A stretch of DNA of 56,518 nt from an uncultured Candidatus Saccharibacteria bacterium (GCA_964604085.1 CAZRXN010000001.1:1-56518); one strand, 5' to 3'. Counted from the first letter of the stretch, positions 27,298-36,281 are shown. Notes: generated by a model from the sequence alone, not told the origin. Numbers and translations: made by a program.

Positions 27298-27369
27298 CGA
27301 ACGGGCGGAGCCGAAGGCGAGCCAGGGCAGTGACCACTTAACGAGCGCAGCGAGTTTAGTGAGTCACGC
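27298..27369 (+). other. 72-bp structured insert between the two repeat copies (candidate miniature integrative element or RNA)
   Basis: Contains hairpin 27330..27367: GTGAC-CACTTAAC ... GTTTAGTG-A-GTCAC. Homologous in sequence and structure to 35174..35340 downstream of tRNA-Cys. Confidence 0.5.
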
Positions 27370-27442
27370 TCGAATCCCTCCCGGCGCACACAATGCGAAA
27401 TGGCGGCCCCTGCGGTCGCCATTTTACATTGGGAGCAGAATT
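27370..27442 (+). repeat. direct repeat copy B (orphan tRNA-Tyr 3' segment plus terminator copy)
   Basis: Begins TCGAATCCCTCCCGGCGCACACAATGCGAAATGG... There is no tRNA 5' part upstream of it. Confidence 0.9.
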
Positions 27443-27628
27443 GCACTCCGGAACTATAGATAATTACACATAAGCCGTTACAAAACTGACCCCATTTTTA
27501 CGATGGGGGCGATGAGCAGAATAAGAATGGGAGCACCACCTATCGTTTGAGGGGCCTTTCTTCAAAACTTGAACAAGCAGGAACGTTGTGATGTAATGCC
27601 GAGGGATCCAAAAGCGAAGGAGATCGCA

Positions 27629-28210
27629 ATGATTCGTTTCCTTTCCTCGATACTCTTGCTAATGTCGACGAGCGCGATAGCAGCAGAGGACATTCTGCTG
27701 GTACAGAGTCCTCCTGTGTATCACTCCGGCGAGTCCGCCGTAGGGGTCGTAATAGGGCAAGACGGCACGAGACTGGCACTGCAGCAAACCGTCCAGCACG
27801 TGGGGAAGCAAGCATACCTTCTGACAACATTCGTCGATGAAGTCGGCAATGTTCGAGGATGGGTGTTGTTCGACCCACGTACGTGGCTTTCTCTAGCCAC
27901 GAACGATGCCACGATCCTGCAAGGTCTGTCCACCACTTGTGCAGCGGATACGCTCTTTCCTATCACGCTGGGCAAAGTGTACGAATGCGTAACCAGCATG
28001 CGGGATGATGATCAAGTCCATACGGCCCGGTCGCGTTTGGAGTTCGACACTGTCCATCGAGACGCGGACGGGAAAATGATCGGATTTTGCGCGCTATCAA
28101 CCGATGATGCGGAAAATCTAGTCTTCTCGGCACGTGTCTGTATGTCTCCTGACGGAAAGTGGATTCGCTCGATAAAAATACTTTCTGTCGCGCAGATCCA
28201 ACGAAGCTGA
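27629..28210 (+). CDS. secreted hypothetical protein
   Basis: AAGGAG lies 7 nt upstream of the ATG. Signal peptide MIRFLSSILLLMSTSAIAAE. The surrounding DNA (27443..28210) is visibly less GC-rich than the flanks. Confidence 0.6.
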   Translation: MIRFLSSILLLMSTSAIAAEDILLVQSPPVYHSGESAVGVVIGQDGTRLALQQTVQHVGKQAYLLTTFVDEVGNVRGWVLFDPRTWLSLATNDATILQGLSTTCAADTLFPITLGKVYECVTSMRDDDQVHTARSRLEFDTVHRDADGKMIGFCALSTDDAENLVFSARVCMSPDGKWIRSIKILSVAQIQRS

Positions 28211-28217
28211 GACTCTA

Positions 28218-28255
28218 GACCGGGTGCCACCAATGGCAGCCGGTCCTTCCTTTTG
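28218..28255 (+). terminator. rho-independent terminator
   Basis: GACCGGgTGCCA-ccaa-TGGCAgCCGGTC followed by CTTCCTTTTGC. Confidence 0.65.
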
Positions 28256-28277
28256 CAGATTTTACTGTGCACGCACC

Positions 28278-30959
28278 CTACGCTGCCGCTTTCGCGCGGG
28301 TCCTGATGCTACGCGTGCGCTCCGCTGCTTTGCGAACATCGAAGGTAAGCTCGCCATCTTTGACGTCGACGCGTACCGCTCCCCCCTCGAGCACGCCGCG
28401 CGCGATCATCATGTTTGCGACCGGCGTGAGGATCTTAGTCTGAATGAGCCGTCGGAGCGGGCGCGCACCGTACTGCGCGTTGTACCCTTCCTTCGAGAAG
28501 TACTCGAGCGCCGCATCCGATACCGAAAGCGCGATCTGCTTTTCTTCGAGACGCTTCGTAACTTCCTGCATCTGCAGCGAGACGATTTCTCGCACCGCCT
28601 CGGGCGTGAGAATGTTGAAGAGGATGATGTCGTCGAGACGATTAAGAAACTCCGGCCGGAAGTACTCCTTGAGCGACCCCATCACTTTCTGCTTCACCTG
28701 CTCGTAGCGTTCGCTCTCGTCACCTTTCGCAGCACCGCTGAATCCGAGGTTGGACATGCGGTCGATGTGCTCGGCTCCGATGTTGGAGGTCATGATGATC
28801 ACCGTATTCTTGAAGTTCACCACGCGTCCCTTCGCATCCGTGAGTCGGCCGTTGTCGAGGACCTGGAGCAGGATATTGAACACCTCCGGGTGTGCCTTCT
28901 CAATCTCATCGAAGAGAATCACCGAGTACGGCCGGTGTCGCACGAGCTCGGTCAAGCCGCCACCTTCGTCGTATCCGACATAGCCCGGAGGCGATCCGAT
29001 CATTTTCGATACGGAGTGCTTTTCCATGTACTCGGACATATCGACCCGGATCAAGGCCTTGTCGCTGTTGAAGAGGAAGTCCGCGAGCGCGCGTGTGAGC
29101 TCTGTCTTTCCGACGCCCGTAGGTCCCAAGAAAAGGAACGATGCGACGGGCCTGTTCGGATCGGAAATGCCCGCGCGGCTGCGCTTGATCGCATCCGACA
29201 CTTTCACCACGGCTTCGTCCTGACCGATGATGCGCTTCTTGAGCTCCTGATCCATGCGCGCCAATTTCTCCGCCTCCTCTTCCAGCATTCGCGAGACTGG
29301 TACGCCCGTCCAGCGAGCAACGACTTCCGCTATATCTTCCGCGGTAATCTCCTCGCGCAACACGCGGCGCGTAGCTTGCAGCTTCTTGAGGCGCTTGCTC
29401 GACGTATCGAGCTCTTTCTCGAGTGCGGGGATTCGCCCGTAGCGGATCTCTGCGGTTTTTGTCAGATCGCTTTTTGCTTCTGCCTGCTCCGCTTCAATTC
29501 GCAGTGACTCAAGCTCGTTTTTGATGCGCTTGATATCGGTGAGCGTCTCCTTTTCGTTCTTCCACTTCATTTCGAGCTCTCGCGTGCCGTCCTGGAGGTC
29601 GGCGATTTCGCGCTCTATGGACTTGACGCGGCTCTTGGCCTTTGAGTCGCCGGCCTCGTTCTCCTTCTTCAGGGCTTCGCGCTCGATCTCGAGGCGCGTG
29701 ATCGTACGGTGTGCTTCCTCGAGCGCGGGCGGCTTGTTCTCGAGCGAAAGACGAAGGGCGGAAGCGGCCTCGTCTATAAGGTCGATCGCCTTATCGGGAA
29801 GATAGCGCTCCGTAATGTAGCGGGAGGAGAGCTGTACAGCAGCGACGATCGCGTCGTCCGTGATGTGCACGCCGTGGTAGAGCTCGTAGCGCTCCTTGAG
29901 CCCGCGCAAAATGGAGACCGCGTCCTCCACGGATGGCTCGTTTACATACACTGGCTGAAAGCGGCGCGTAAAGGCCGGGTCATGCTCGATGTGGCGCTGG
30001 TACTCTTTGAGGGTCGTCGCGCCGATGACGCGCATCTCGCCGCGGGCGAGCGCAGGCTTCAGCATGTTCGACGCGTCGAGTGCGCCATCTGCCGCACCCG
30101 CGCCGATCAGCGTGTGGATCTCATCAATAAAGAGGATGATCTTTCCTTCCGCACGCTCTACCTCCTTCATGACAGCCTTTAAGCGCTCCTCAAATTCCCC
30201 TCGATACTTGGTCCCCGCGACCAAAAGCCCCAGATCGAGCTGGACGAGCTCCTTGCCGCGCAGACTCTCCGGCACGTCGCCGCTCGCCATGCGCTGCGCA
30301 AGACCTTCTGCGACAGCCGTCTTGCCGACGCCCGCCTCTCCGATGAGGATCGGATTGTTTTTGGTGCGGCGCGAGAGGATCTGTATGACGCGCGTGATTT
30401 CCGTATCTCGGCCGATGACGGGGTCGAGCTTGTTTTCCCTTGCGCGGTCCGTGAGCGAGCGCGCGAAGCGCGCGAGCGCCCGGAGCTTCTTCGGCTCCTC
30501 CGCGTCTCGTATCTTCCCTTCCTTTATATCCGCGAGCACGCGCGCCAGCGCGGAGCGATCTATGCGAAAGCGCGCCAGGATGTCTGCCGCCGGTCCGGGA
30601 TGCTCGGTGATACCCAGGACAAGATGCTCGGGTGACACGAACTGATCGTTGAAACTTGCGGCGATGCGCGGCGCACCCTCGAATACGCGCACGAGCTCCG
30701 GTGTAAGATAGAGCTGGAAAGAGGGGGACACGGTCGTGCCGCCGCTCCCCTCGATAAGCTCAAACACGGAATCAGAGAGGTGTGCCGTGTCGATATCGAG
30801 CTGCTCAAACATCGGCAGCACCATAGTCTCCTCTTGTCCGAGGAGTGCTGCGAATAGATGGAGTGTAGATACCTGATTATGGCCACGCTCGACTGCTAGT
30901 TGATGAGCCCTCTGGATCGCCTCTTTTGCTTTCGTCGTAAAGTTATTGAATGGTGCCAT
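28278..30959 (-). CDS. clpB: ATP-dependent chaperone ClpB
   Basis: Clp N-domain, two AAA+ modules ([16 protein letters not shown]), and a long coiled-coil M-domain between them. Confidence 0.95.
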   Translation of the reverse strand: MAPFNNFTTKAKEAIQRAHQLAVERGHNQVSTLHLFAALLGQEETMVLPMFEQLDIDTAHLSDSVFELIEGSGGTTVSPSFQLYLTPELVRVFEGAPRIAASFNDQFVSPEHLVLGITEHPGPAADILARFRIDRSALARVLADIKEGKIRDAEEPKKLRALARFARSLTDRARENKLDPVIGRDTEITRVIQILSRRTKNNPILIGEAGVGKTAVAEGLAQRMASGDVPESLRGKELVQLDLGLLVAGTKYRGEFEERLKAVMKEVERAEGKIILFIDEIHTLIGAGAADGALDASNMLKPALARGEMRVIGATTLKEYQRHIEHDPAFTRRFQPVYVNEPSVEDAVSILRGLKERYELYHGVHITDDAIVAAVQLSSRYITERYLPDKAIDLIDEAASALRLSLENKPPALEEAHRTITRLEIEREALKKENEAGDSKAKSRVKSIEREIADLQDGTRELEMKWKNEKETLTDIKRIKNELESLRIEAEQAEAKSDLTKTAEIRYGRIPALEKELDTSSKRLKKLQATRRVLREEITAEDIAEVVARWTGVPVSRMLEEEAEKLARMDQELKKRIIGQDEAVVKVSDAIKRSRAGISDPNRPVASFLFLGPTGVGKTELTRALADFLFNSDKALIRVDMSEYMEKHSVSKMIGSPPGYVGYDEGGGLTELVRHRPYSVILFDEIEKAHPEVFNILLQVLDNGRLTDAKGRVVNFKNTVIIMTSNIGAEHIDRMSNLGFSGAAKGDESERYEQVKQKVMGSLKEYFRPEFLNRLDDIILFNILTPEAVREIVSLQMQEVTKRLEEKQIALSVSDAALEYFSKEGYNAQYGARPLRRLIQTKILTPVANMMIARGVLEGGAVRVDVKDGELTFDVRKAAERTRSIRTRAKAAA

Positions 30960-30979
30960 ATGCGTATTGTATTTAGGTG

Positions 30980-31816
30980 TTAGGGAGACGACTGCTCCGC
31001 TCCCCCTTCACTGCTCGCATTGTACGTTAAAAGTTCTGAAGCCGCAAGGAAGGTTTTCTCCGATAAAGCCCGGCTTTCCGCCGTGCTGAAGCCGACGACA
31101 CTCCCGTCCACGTCCATGAGGACACTGCCGAAGACGATGGCGTCGCTCGGGATGTTCGTCTCTATCATGGAGACGGGTGTCTCCCCTGTTTTCTTTCCGC
31201 TCGGGAGTGCTACAACGATGCCGTCGGCAATCCGGGTCGCACCGTGCTCCGCGACCGATACCACGGTCTCGCCGAGCGAAGGAGGCGCTCCCGCAATGCT
31301 TGCAGCCGCCCACGTCTGCTCGGAGCTCGTCGCTTGAAGCACCGCCAAGCCGGCTCCTGTCTTCTTGCGTGCGACGCTCGCAGGGATGCGCGCGTCCCCG
31401 ACGCCGATTTCTATGCTGCCGCTTGCAGGAAGCGATGCGATATCGGCTAGTACCGCCCCGGAATTGCTTATGACGAGGCCGAGCCCTAGGAATACCTCGG
31501 TATCTTTACCGCTCGCGTCCTTCCCGCGTGCATAGAGCTGAACCACGGAGGGAGCCAGCTTTTTAAGCGCGGTCGCTATCAGGTCCGATTCCTTTACGAT
31601 CACCGTCTTCTCTGTCGTAACGACCGCCGCCGCTTGTCCGGAAGGGACGACTTTCTCGACAGTGCGCTCGATGACGCGGTTGACCGTCTGCGCCATAGCC
31701 GGCGGCGCCTGCTCCATGAGCGATACGGTAACGATGCCGGTCGCGATTGAGGTGACGAAGCTCACGAGAAGTCCGAGGAGGATGATTTGAGATTTCGTGA
31801 GCTTCTCGATATCCAT
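30980..31816 (-). CDS. membrane-anchored trypsin/HtrA-like domain protein, apparently lacking the catalytic triad
   Basis: N-terminal TM helix. SVVQLY...GLGLVISNSGAVLAD and GSVLMDVDGSVVGF align with the HtrA blocks GSGFIIS..G.ILTNNHV and GNSGGPL...G.VIG, but His and Ser are not in place. Confidence 0.5.
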   Translation of the reverse strand: MDIEKLTKSQIILLGLLVSFVTSIATGIVTVSLMEQAPPAMAQTVNRVIERTVEKVVPSGQAAAVVTTEKTVIVKESDLIATALKKLAPSVVQLYARGKDASGKDTEVFLGLGLVISNSGAVLADIASLPASGSIEIGVGDARIPASVARKKTGAGLAVLQATSSEQTWAAASIAGAPPSLGETVVSVAEHGATRIADGIVVALPSGKKTGETPVSMIETNIPSDAIVFGSVLMDVDGSVVGFSTAESRALSEKTFLAASELLTYNASSEGGAEQSSP

Positions 31817-31861
31817 GAGGCGAGTATACCACCTCGCCGGTTGTCCCAGAAAAGAAAGGAG

Positions 31862-33079
31862 TCAGTGGATACGCGACCCGGGCAGACGGAGTACCTCTTC
31901 GAGCGTGTCGACGGCTCGCTGGACGTCGCCCATGCGCGTGTCGCGCCCGAGAGAGATGCGCAGTGTATGCGACGCGCGCCACGGCGCGGGCGGCTCGGCG
32001 TCTGCAGCCGCTCGCTCAAGAGCGGCGACTACGTGCGAGAGCTTTTCCTCTCCTTCGCGACAGGCACTCTTTGTGGAAAGCGCTACACCGCGATGATCCA
32101 TCGCCAAAACCACGTACTCGCTCTCGATACCTGGAATGGAAACATTGAGGATGTGCGGCAAGCCCGGCTCTCCATTGCGCACTGCGCCTGGAGCGACGGC
32201 CTGGATGCGCGCCGCAAACGCCTCGGAGAGCACTCGCAGACGTTTCGCCTCCCGCTGCCGCTCATGCGCCACTATCTGGAGCGCTGCGGCGAATCCAGCC
32301 GCGAGCGCCACGTTTTCCGTGCCTCCGCGCAATCCATACTCCTGGCCTCCACCGACAATGAGTGGCGCGAGCCACTCTTCGCTGCCCGGACGAATAACAA
32401 GTGCGCCGATTCCGCGCGGTCCGTAAAGCTTTCCAGAGTCGAAAGTCATGAGATCGGGGCCGAGCCCATGTACGAGCGCACGAAGATAGAGCGGCCCCTG
32501 CCCCGCATCGCAGTGGAAGACGATCGGCGCCGTGCGCGAGCTTTGCGAACGCAGAAGTTGCGCGATCTCCGCAATCGGCTGCAGCGTCCCTATCTCATGA
32601 TTCGCCCAGCCGATCGAGACGAATACCGTATCCTGCTTCAGGAGCGCAGCGACGGCATCTGGCCGGATACGCCCATCTGAGTCCGGGGCGATGCGCTCAA
32701 CGCGCGCGCCCGCTTTCTCGATTATGTCGAAACACGCGAGCACCGAAGGATGTTCTATAGCTGACACGAGCCAGTGCGTATCGGCTATGTGGGTGCCCTT
32801 TTTCTCGAGCGCACGGAAAAAGCCAAGGATTGCTAGATTGTTTGCCTCGGTGCCTCCGGATACGAATACGATCTCGCGCGGCTTTACTCCTAGCACGCTC
32901 GCTATGCTTGCGCGCGAGGCGGCGAGTGATGCTTTGGCGCGCGCTCCTTCGCTGTGAATCGCGCCAGGGTTTCCAAAAAGAGCGGCCGCTGCGTCCGCTG
33001 CCTCTTGGGCGCGGGGCAAGACAGGGGTCGCCCCTGCAAAGTCCATGTAGATGCGCTTCCTGCGCCCGAAACCGAACAT
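31862..33079 (-). CDS. cysteine desulfurase (class V aminotransferase, NifS/IscS-like)
   Basis: IYMDFAGATP, SGGTEANN, the PLP-Lys region FDSGKLYGPRGIG, and the active-site Cys STKSACREG. Start uncertain (33118, 33079 or 33046). Confidence 0.85.
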   Translation of the reverse strand: MFGFGRRKRIYMDFAGATPVLPRAQEAADAAAALFGNPGAIHSEGARAKASLAASRASIASVLGVKPREIVFVSGGTEANNLAILGFFRALEKKGTHIADTHWLVSAIEHPSVLACFDIIEKAGARVERIAPDSDGRIRPDAVAALLKQDTVFVSIGWANHEIGTLQPIAEIAQLLRSQSSRTAPIVFHCDAGQGPLYLRALVHGLGPDLMTFDSGKLYGPRGIGALVIRPGSEEWLAPLIVGGGQEYGLRGGTENVALAAGFAAALQIVAHERQREAKRLRVLSEAFAARIQAVAPGAVRNGEPGLPHILNVSIPGIESEYVVLAMDHRGVALSTKSACREGEEKLSHVVAALERAAADAEPPAPWRASHTLRISLGRDTRMGDVQRAVDTLEEVLRLPGSRIH

Positions 33080-33192
33080 CGCATCATTGTCTATATGTAT
33101 GGGCGCTTTGCAATCCATGCTGCTTGGAAAAAGAGGTCCTGTCTCGTATACTCTTGCGAATATACCCGCAGTATGGTCTGCGCAAGAAACCT

Positions 33193-34704
33193 ATGGCATC
33201 CGCTTCCAAAGCAACCCGTATGGAGAGGCCGCCCATTGTGGCGGTCCTTGGGCACGTGGATCATGGTAAATCCACGCTTCTCGATCACATCCGAAAGTCC
33301 AATACGGTCGCGGGCGAAGCTGGCGGCATAACCCAGCACGTCGCCGCGTATGAAGTTGAGCACGCCGCCGAAGGAGGTGAGCAGAAGCGCATCACGTTCA
33401 TCGATACGCCCGGCCATGCCGCGTTCCACGCGATACGCGCGCGAGGCGCTAATATCGCCGACGTGGCGATCCTCGTCGTAGCCGCGGACGACGGCGTGAA
33501 GGCGCAAACACTCGAAGCGCTCCAGAGCATCGAGAGCTCGGGCATTCCCTTCGTTATCGCGATCAATAAGATCGATAAGCCTAATGCTTCGCTCGACCGC
33601 ACGCACGCCTCGCTGCTCGAGCACAAAATATACGTGGAAAAGATGGGCGGCTCGATACCCTGGGCGGCCATTTCGGCGAAAACAGGACAGGGCGTCTCCG
33701 AGCTGCTCGATCTCGTACTCCTGGTGGCGCAGCTACAGGAGCTCACGGGCGACCCATCCAAAGAGGCCGAGGGGTACGTCATAGAGGCGCACCGCGACCA
33801 AAAGCGCGGTATAGCCGCAACGCTCATCATTACCGACGGGACACTAAGACGCGGCGACGCAGTGCTCGCTGGCCGCGCGATCGCGCCGGTTCGCATAATG
33901 GAAGATCACACCGGACGCGCGCTCGAAGAAGCGTCTTTCTCCGCGCCCGTCCAGCTTGTCGGCTTCGATGAGCTGCCGGAAGTGGGCGTGCCTTTCACCA
34001 CCTTTCCGGCCAAGCGTGCCGCGGAGGATGCCCGGAAGACCGCGCGCGCTGCCGAAGCCCCCGAAGCAACCGCAGCGCTCGAAGAGGAAGGGGCGCGATT
34101 CATCCTCCCCATAATCGTACGCGCCGATGCGACGGGCTCCCTTGAAGCGATCGCACACGAGGTTTCCCGTCTCGGCGATGAATTCGCTGGCGTCCGTATC
34201 GTGCACTCCGGCGTAGGGTCCGTGTCCGAAGCCGATATCAAGGCGGCGCTCGGTGGCGACCGCCCGGCGGCTGTCGTGGGATTCAATGTCGGCGTGGACG
34301 CGCTCGCGCGCGAGCATGCCCGCCAGCATGGCGTCTCCATCGAGACGTTCGACATTATCTATAAGCTCACAGAGCGGCTAGAAGAGCTCATGCGGGAAGC
34401 TGCGCCGACGCGTACGGTGGAAGAAATTGTCGGCCGCGCAAAGGTGCTAAAGGTATTCTCGCAGCGCAAGGAAACACACGTACTTGGCGGCGTCGTCCTC
34501 TCCGGCCGCATCGAACGCGGCGCCCTCGTGCGCGCCATTCGACGCGGTGAGCCCCTCGGAGTCGGCTCCATCGAGAATATCCAGTCGCATAAGCAGAACG
34601 TCGATCGAATTGAAGAAGGGGGCGAGTTTGGCGCGGAAATAGAGATCGACGCAACGCTCGCGCAAGGAGACACCCTCGAGTGTTTTTACGAAAAGCAGGT
34701 ATGA
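33193..34704 (+). CDS. infB: translation initiation factor IF-2, short form lacking the long N-terminal region
   Basis: PPIVAVLGHVDHGKSTLLD (G1), DTPGH (G3), NKID (G4), and the C-terminal domains. The ORF part 32830..33192 is antisense to the desulfurase gene and rejected. Confidence 0.9.
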   Translation: MASASKATRMERPPIVAVLGHVDHGKSTLLDHIRKSNTVAGEAGGITQHVAAYEVEHAAEGGEQKRITFIDTPGHAAFHAIRARGANIADVAILVVAADDGVKAQTLEALQSIESSGIPFVIAINKIDKPNASLDRTHASLLEHKIYVEKMGGSIPWAAISAKTGQGVSELLDLVLLVAQLQELTGDPSKEAEGYVIEAHRDQKRGIAATLIITDGTLRRGDAVLAGRAIAPVRIMEDHTGRALEEASFSAPVQLVGFDELPEVGVPFTTFPAKRAAEDARKTARAAEAPEATAALEEEGARFILPIIVRADATGSLEAIAHEVSRLGDEFAGVRIVHSGVGSVSEADIKAALGGDRPAAVVGFNVGVDALAREHARQHGVSIETFDIIYKLTERLEELMREAAPTRTVEEIVGRAKVLKVFSQRKETHVLGGVVLSGRIERGALVRAIRRGEPLGVGSIENIQSHKQNVDRIEEGGEFGAEIEIDATLAQGDTLECFYEKQV

Positions 34705-35018
34705 GCCGCCGCACCGATCAGGTCTCGCAGGAGCTCGCCCAGCACGCGGGCACTTTTCTCTCGCTGAAGTCGAGCCACACATCGCTCATTACGGTTACCC
34801 GCGCGGACGTATCGCCCGATCTGCGCTCCGCTACGATTTACCTATCCGTGCTGCCAGAGCCGCAAGAGAGCGCCGCGCTCGATTTCGCAAAACGCCAGCG
34901 TGGGCCCTTCCGCGAATACTTGAAAGGGCACGCTCGTCTCAAATACGTTCCGACAGTTGATTTTCTCATCGACGGGGGCGAGAAGAATCGACAGCGCATC
35001 GATGAACTCACGCGATAG
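34701..35018 (+). CDS. rbfA: ribosome-binding factor A
   Basis: ATGA start/stop overlap with infB. LITVTRADVSPDLRSATIYLSV is a typical RbfA segment. Confidence 0.85.
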   Translation: MSRRTDQVSQELAQHAGTFLSLKSSHTSLITVTRADVSPDLRSATIYLSVLPEPQESAALDFAKRQRGPFREYLKGHARLKYVPTVDFLIDGGEKNRQRIDELTR

Positions 35019-35051
35019 TATATACTATAGTATATACTATGGTATATACTA
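35016..35051. repeat. three tandem 12-bp palindromic units (TAGTATATACTA x2 plus TGGTATATACTA), locus 2
   Basis: Read directly from the sequence. The first unit starts with the rbfA TAG stop codon. Confidence 0.95.
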
Positions 35052-35098
35052 TTCCCCGCCCCTCAAGCGCCGGGCGAACGTGGTATATTTGGGGTCTT

Positions 35099-35173
35099 GG
35101 CCCGATGGTGAAGGGGTAACACGGCGGTCTGCAAAACCGCTACGCGCGGGTTCGAGTCCCGCTCGGGCCTCCA
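35099..35173 (+). tRNA. tRNA-Cys (GCA) with encoded CCA
   Basis: Acceptor GGCCCGA/TCGGGCC, anticodon stem GCGGT/ACCGC with loop CTGCAAA, T-arm GCGGG-TTCGAGT-CCCGC, discriminator T (U73, as expected for Cys). Confidence 0.9.
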
Positions 35174-35340
35174 GACCGAGAGAATCGTGCGTTTGCACGA
35201 TTCGTCCGGACTCGAAAGGCGCAGCGATGTCGCGAGCTTGCGAGCGACCGCGAGCCCGGGCAGCCTGCCTGCCGGTAGGCAGGGAGCCACTTAGCGAATC
35301 GGAGCGCCGGGCGCGAACGATGAGCTTAGTGAGCTGACGC
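35174..35340 (+). other. about 167-bp structured insert downstream of tRNA-Cys, homologous to the tRNA-Tyr insert
   Basis: Hairpins GAATCGTGC-GTTT-GCACGATTC and CCTGCC...GGCAGG. Three GCGAGC copies. Terminal hairpin 35285..35335: AGC-CACTTAGC ... GCTTAGTG-A-GCT. Confidence 0.5.
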
Positions 35341-35358
35341 CGAGTCCCGCTCGGGCCT
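35341..35358 (+). repeat. orphan direct repeat of the tRNA-Cys T-loop-to-discriminator segment
   Basis: CGAGTCCCGCTCGGGCCT is identical to 35153..35170 inside tRNA-Cys. Confidence 0.85.
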
Positions 35359-35405
35359 TCCTCTAGTGCTTGTATGAGTGGCTCTCTCGCTGCTAGAGTG
35401 ATGCT

Positions 35406-36281
35406 ATGGCAGCAATAACAAAGGTCATCATCCCCGTCGCCGGATCAGGCACGCGCTTCCTCCCCGCCACCAAGGCGCAGCCGAAGGAGATGCTGCCTGT
35501 GATCGATAAGCCGGTCATCCAGTACCTGGTAGAGGAAGTCGTACAGGCAGGCGTTACCGACATTATTTTTGTCACAGGACGCAATAAGCGCGCGATCGAA
35601 GATCACTTCGACGCCTCGCCCGAGCTCGAAGCGCAGCTGGAGGAGCGCGGCAAGAGCGAACTGTTGAAGACCGTTCAGGACGTGTCCGAGCTCGCGCGCT
35701 TCTCATTCGTCCGGCAACGATTCCCGCTCGGGGACGGTGACGCGATCCTTTGCGCAGAGCACCTCGTCGGCAAGGACGAGCCCGTCGGTGTCATGTTCGG
35801 CGACGATATTTTCGTCGGGCCTGCTCCCCGACTCACCCAGATCGGAAGAGTATTTGTGGAGCGCGGAGGCGTCGTCGCCGCGCTCGAGCGGGTTCCGCAA
35901 GCGGAAGTGAGCCGCTACGGCGTCGTGGGCGGAGAGCAAGGAGAAGGGGGCATTCTCGATATCAAGACGATCGTCGAAAAGCCCGCTGTGAATGATGCGC
36001 CGTCGGACCTGATTCTTATGGGAACTTACATAATCAACGGAGGAGTCTTTAAGGAATTACGCACACTGAAGGATCGGTCGACGGAGGGCGAGATCCGATT
36101 GGCGGATGCGCTGAAGGCGTACGCAGCGCACGATCCCGTCTACGGACTCACCATGGAGGGCAAACGCTATGACTGCGGCGATAAGCTCGGCTACTTAAAG
36201 ACGACGGTGGATTTCGCCCTTATGCATCCGGAGTTCAAAGACGAGTTCCGCGCGTACTTGCGAGAAGTGCTCGGCGAGTAA
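35406..36281 (+). CDS. galU: UTP--glucose-1-phosphate uridylyltransferase
   Basis: KVIIPVAGSGTRFLPATKAQPKEMLPVIDKP is the canonical GalU N-terminus. Confidence 0.9.
   Translation: MAAITKVIIPVAGSGTRFLPATKAQPKEMLPVIDKPVIQYLVEEVVQAGVTDIIFVTGRNKRAIEDHFDASPELEAQLEERGKSELLKTVQDVSELARFSFVRQRFPLGDGDAILCAEHLVGKDEPVGVMFGDDIFVGPAPRLTQIGRVFVERGGVVAALERVPQAEVSRYGVVGGEQGEGGILDIKTIVEKPAVNDAPSDLILMGTYIINGGVFKELRTLKDRSTEGEIRLADALKAYAAHDPVYGLTMEGKRYDCGDKLGYLKTTVDFALMHPEFKDEFRAYLREVLGE

Noticed and set aside
27287-27310. TGGGAGCAGGATTCGAAC looks like the 3' end of a minus-strand tRNA
   Set aside because: The would-be T-stem halves (GCAGG / CGGGC) are not complementary and no cloverleaf can be completed. It was treated as part of the repeat/insert junction.
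27244-27369. tRNA intron (group I or bulge-helix-bulge) as an explanation for the tRNA-Tyr and tRNA-Cys inserts
   Set aside because: The upstream tRNA copies are already complete, including acceptor 3' strands (and CCA for Cys). The inserts are far shorter than group I introns, and introns do not create a duplication of the 3' exon.
27069-27446. Upstream extension of the pilin-like ORF (the 225-aa version)
   Set aside because: It reads through tRNA-Tyr, both repeat copies and terminator hairpins. There is no hydrophobic leader and it is not coding-like.
28224-29507. 427-aa ORF on the plus strand (and further plus-strand ORFs up to 30645)
   Set aside because: It is antisense to clpB. No motifs and a biased composition.
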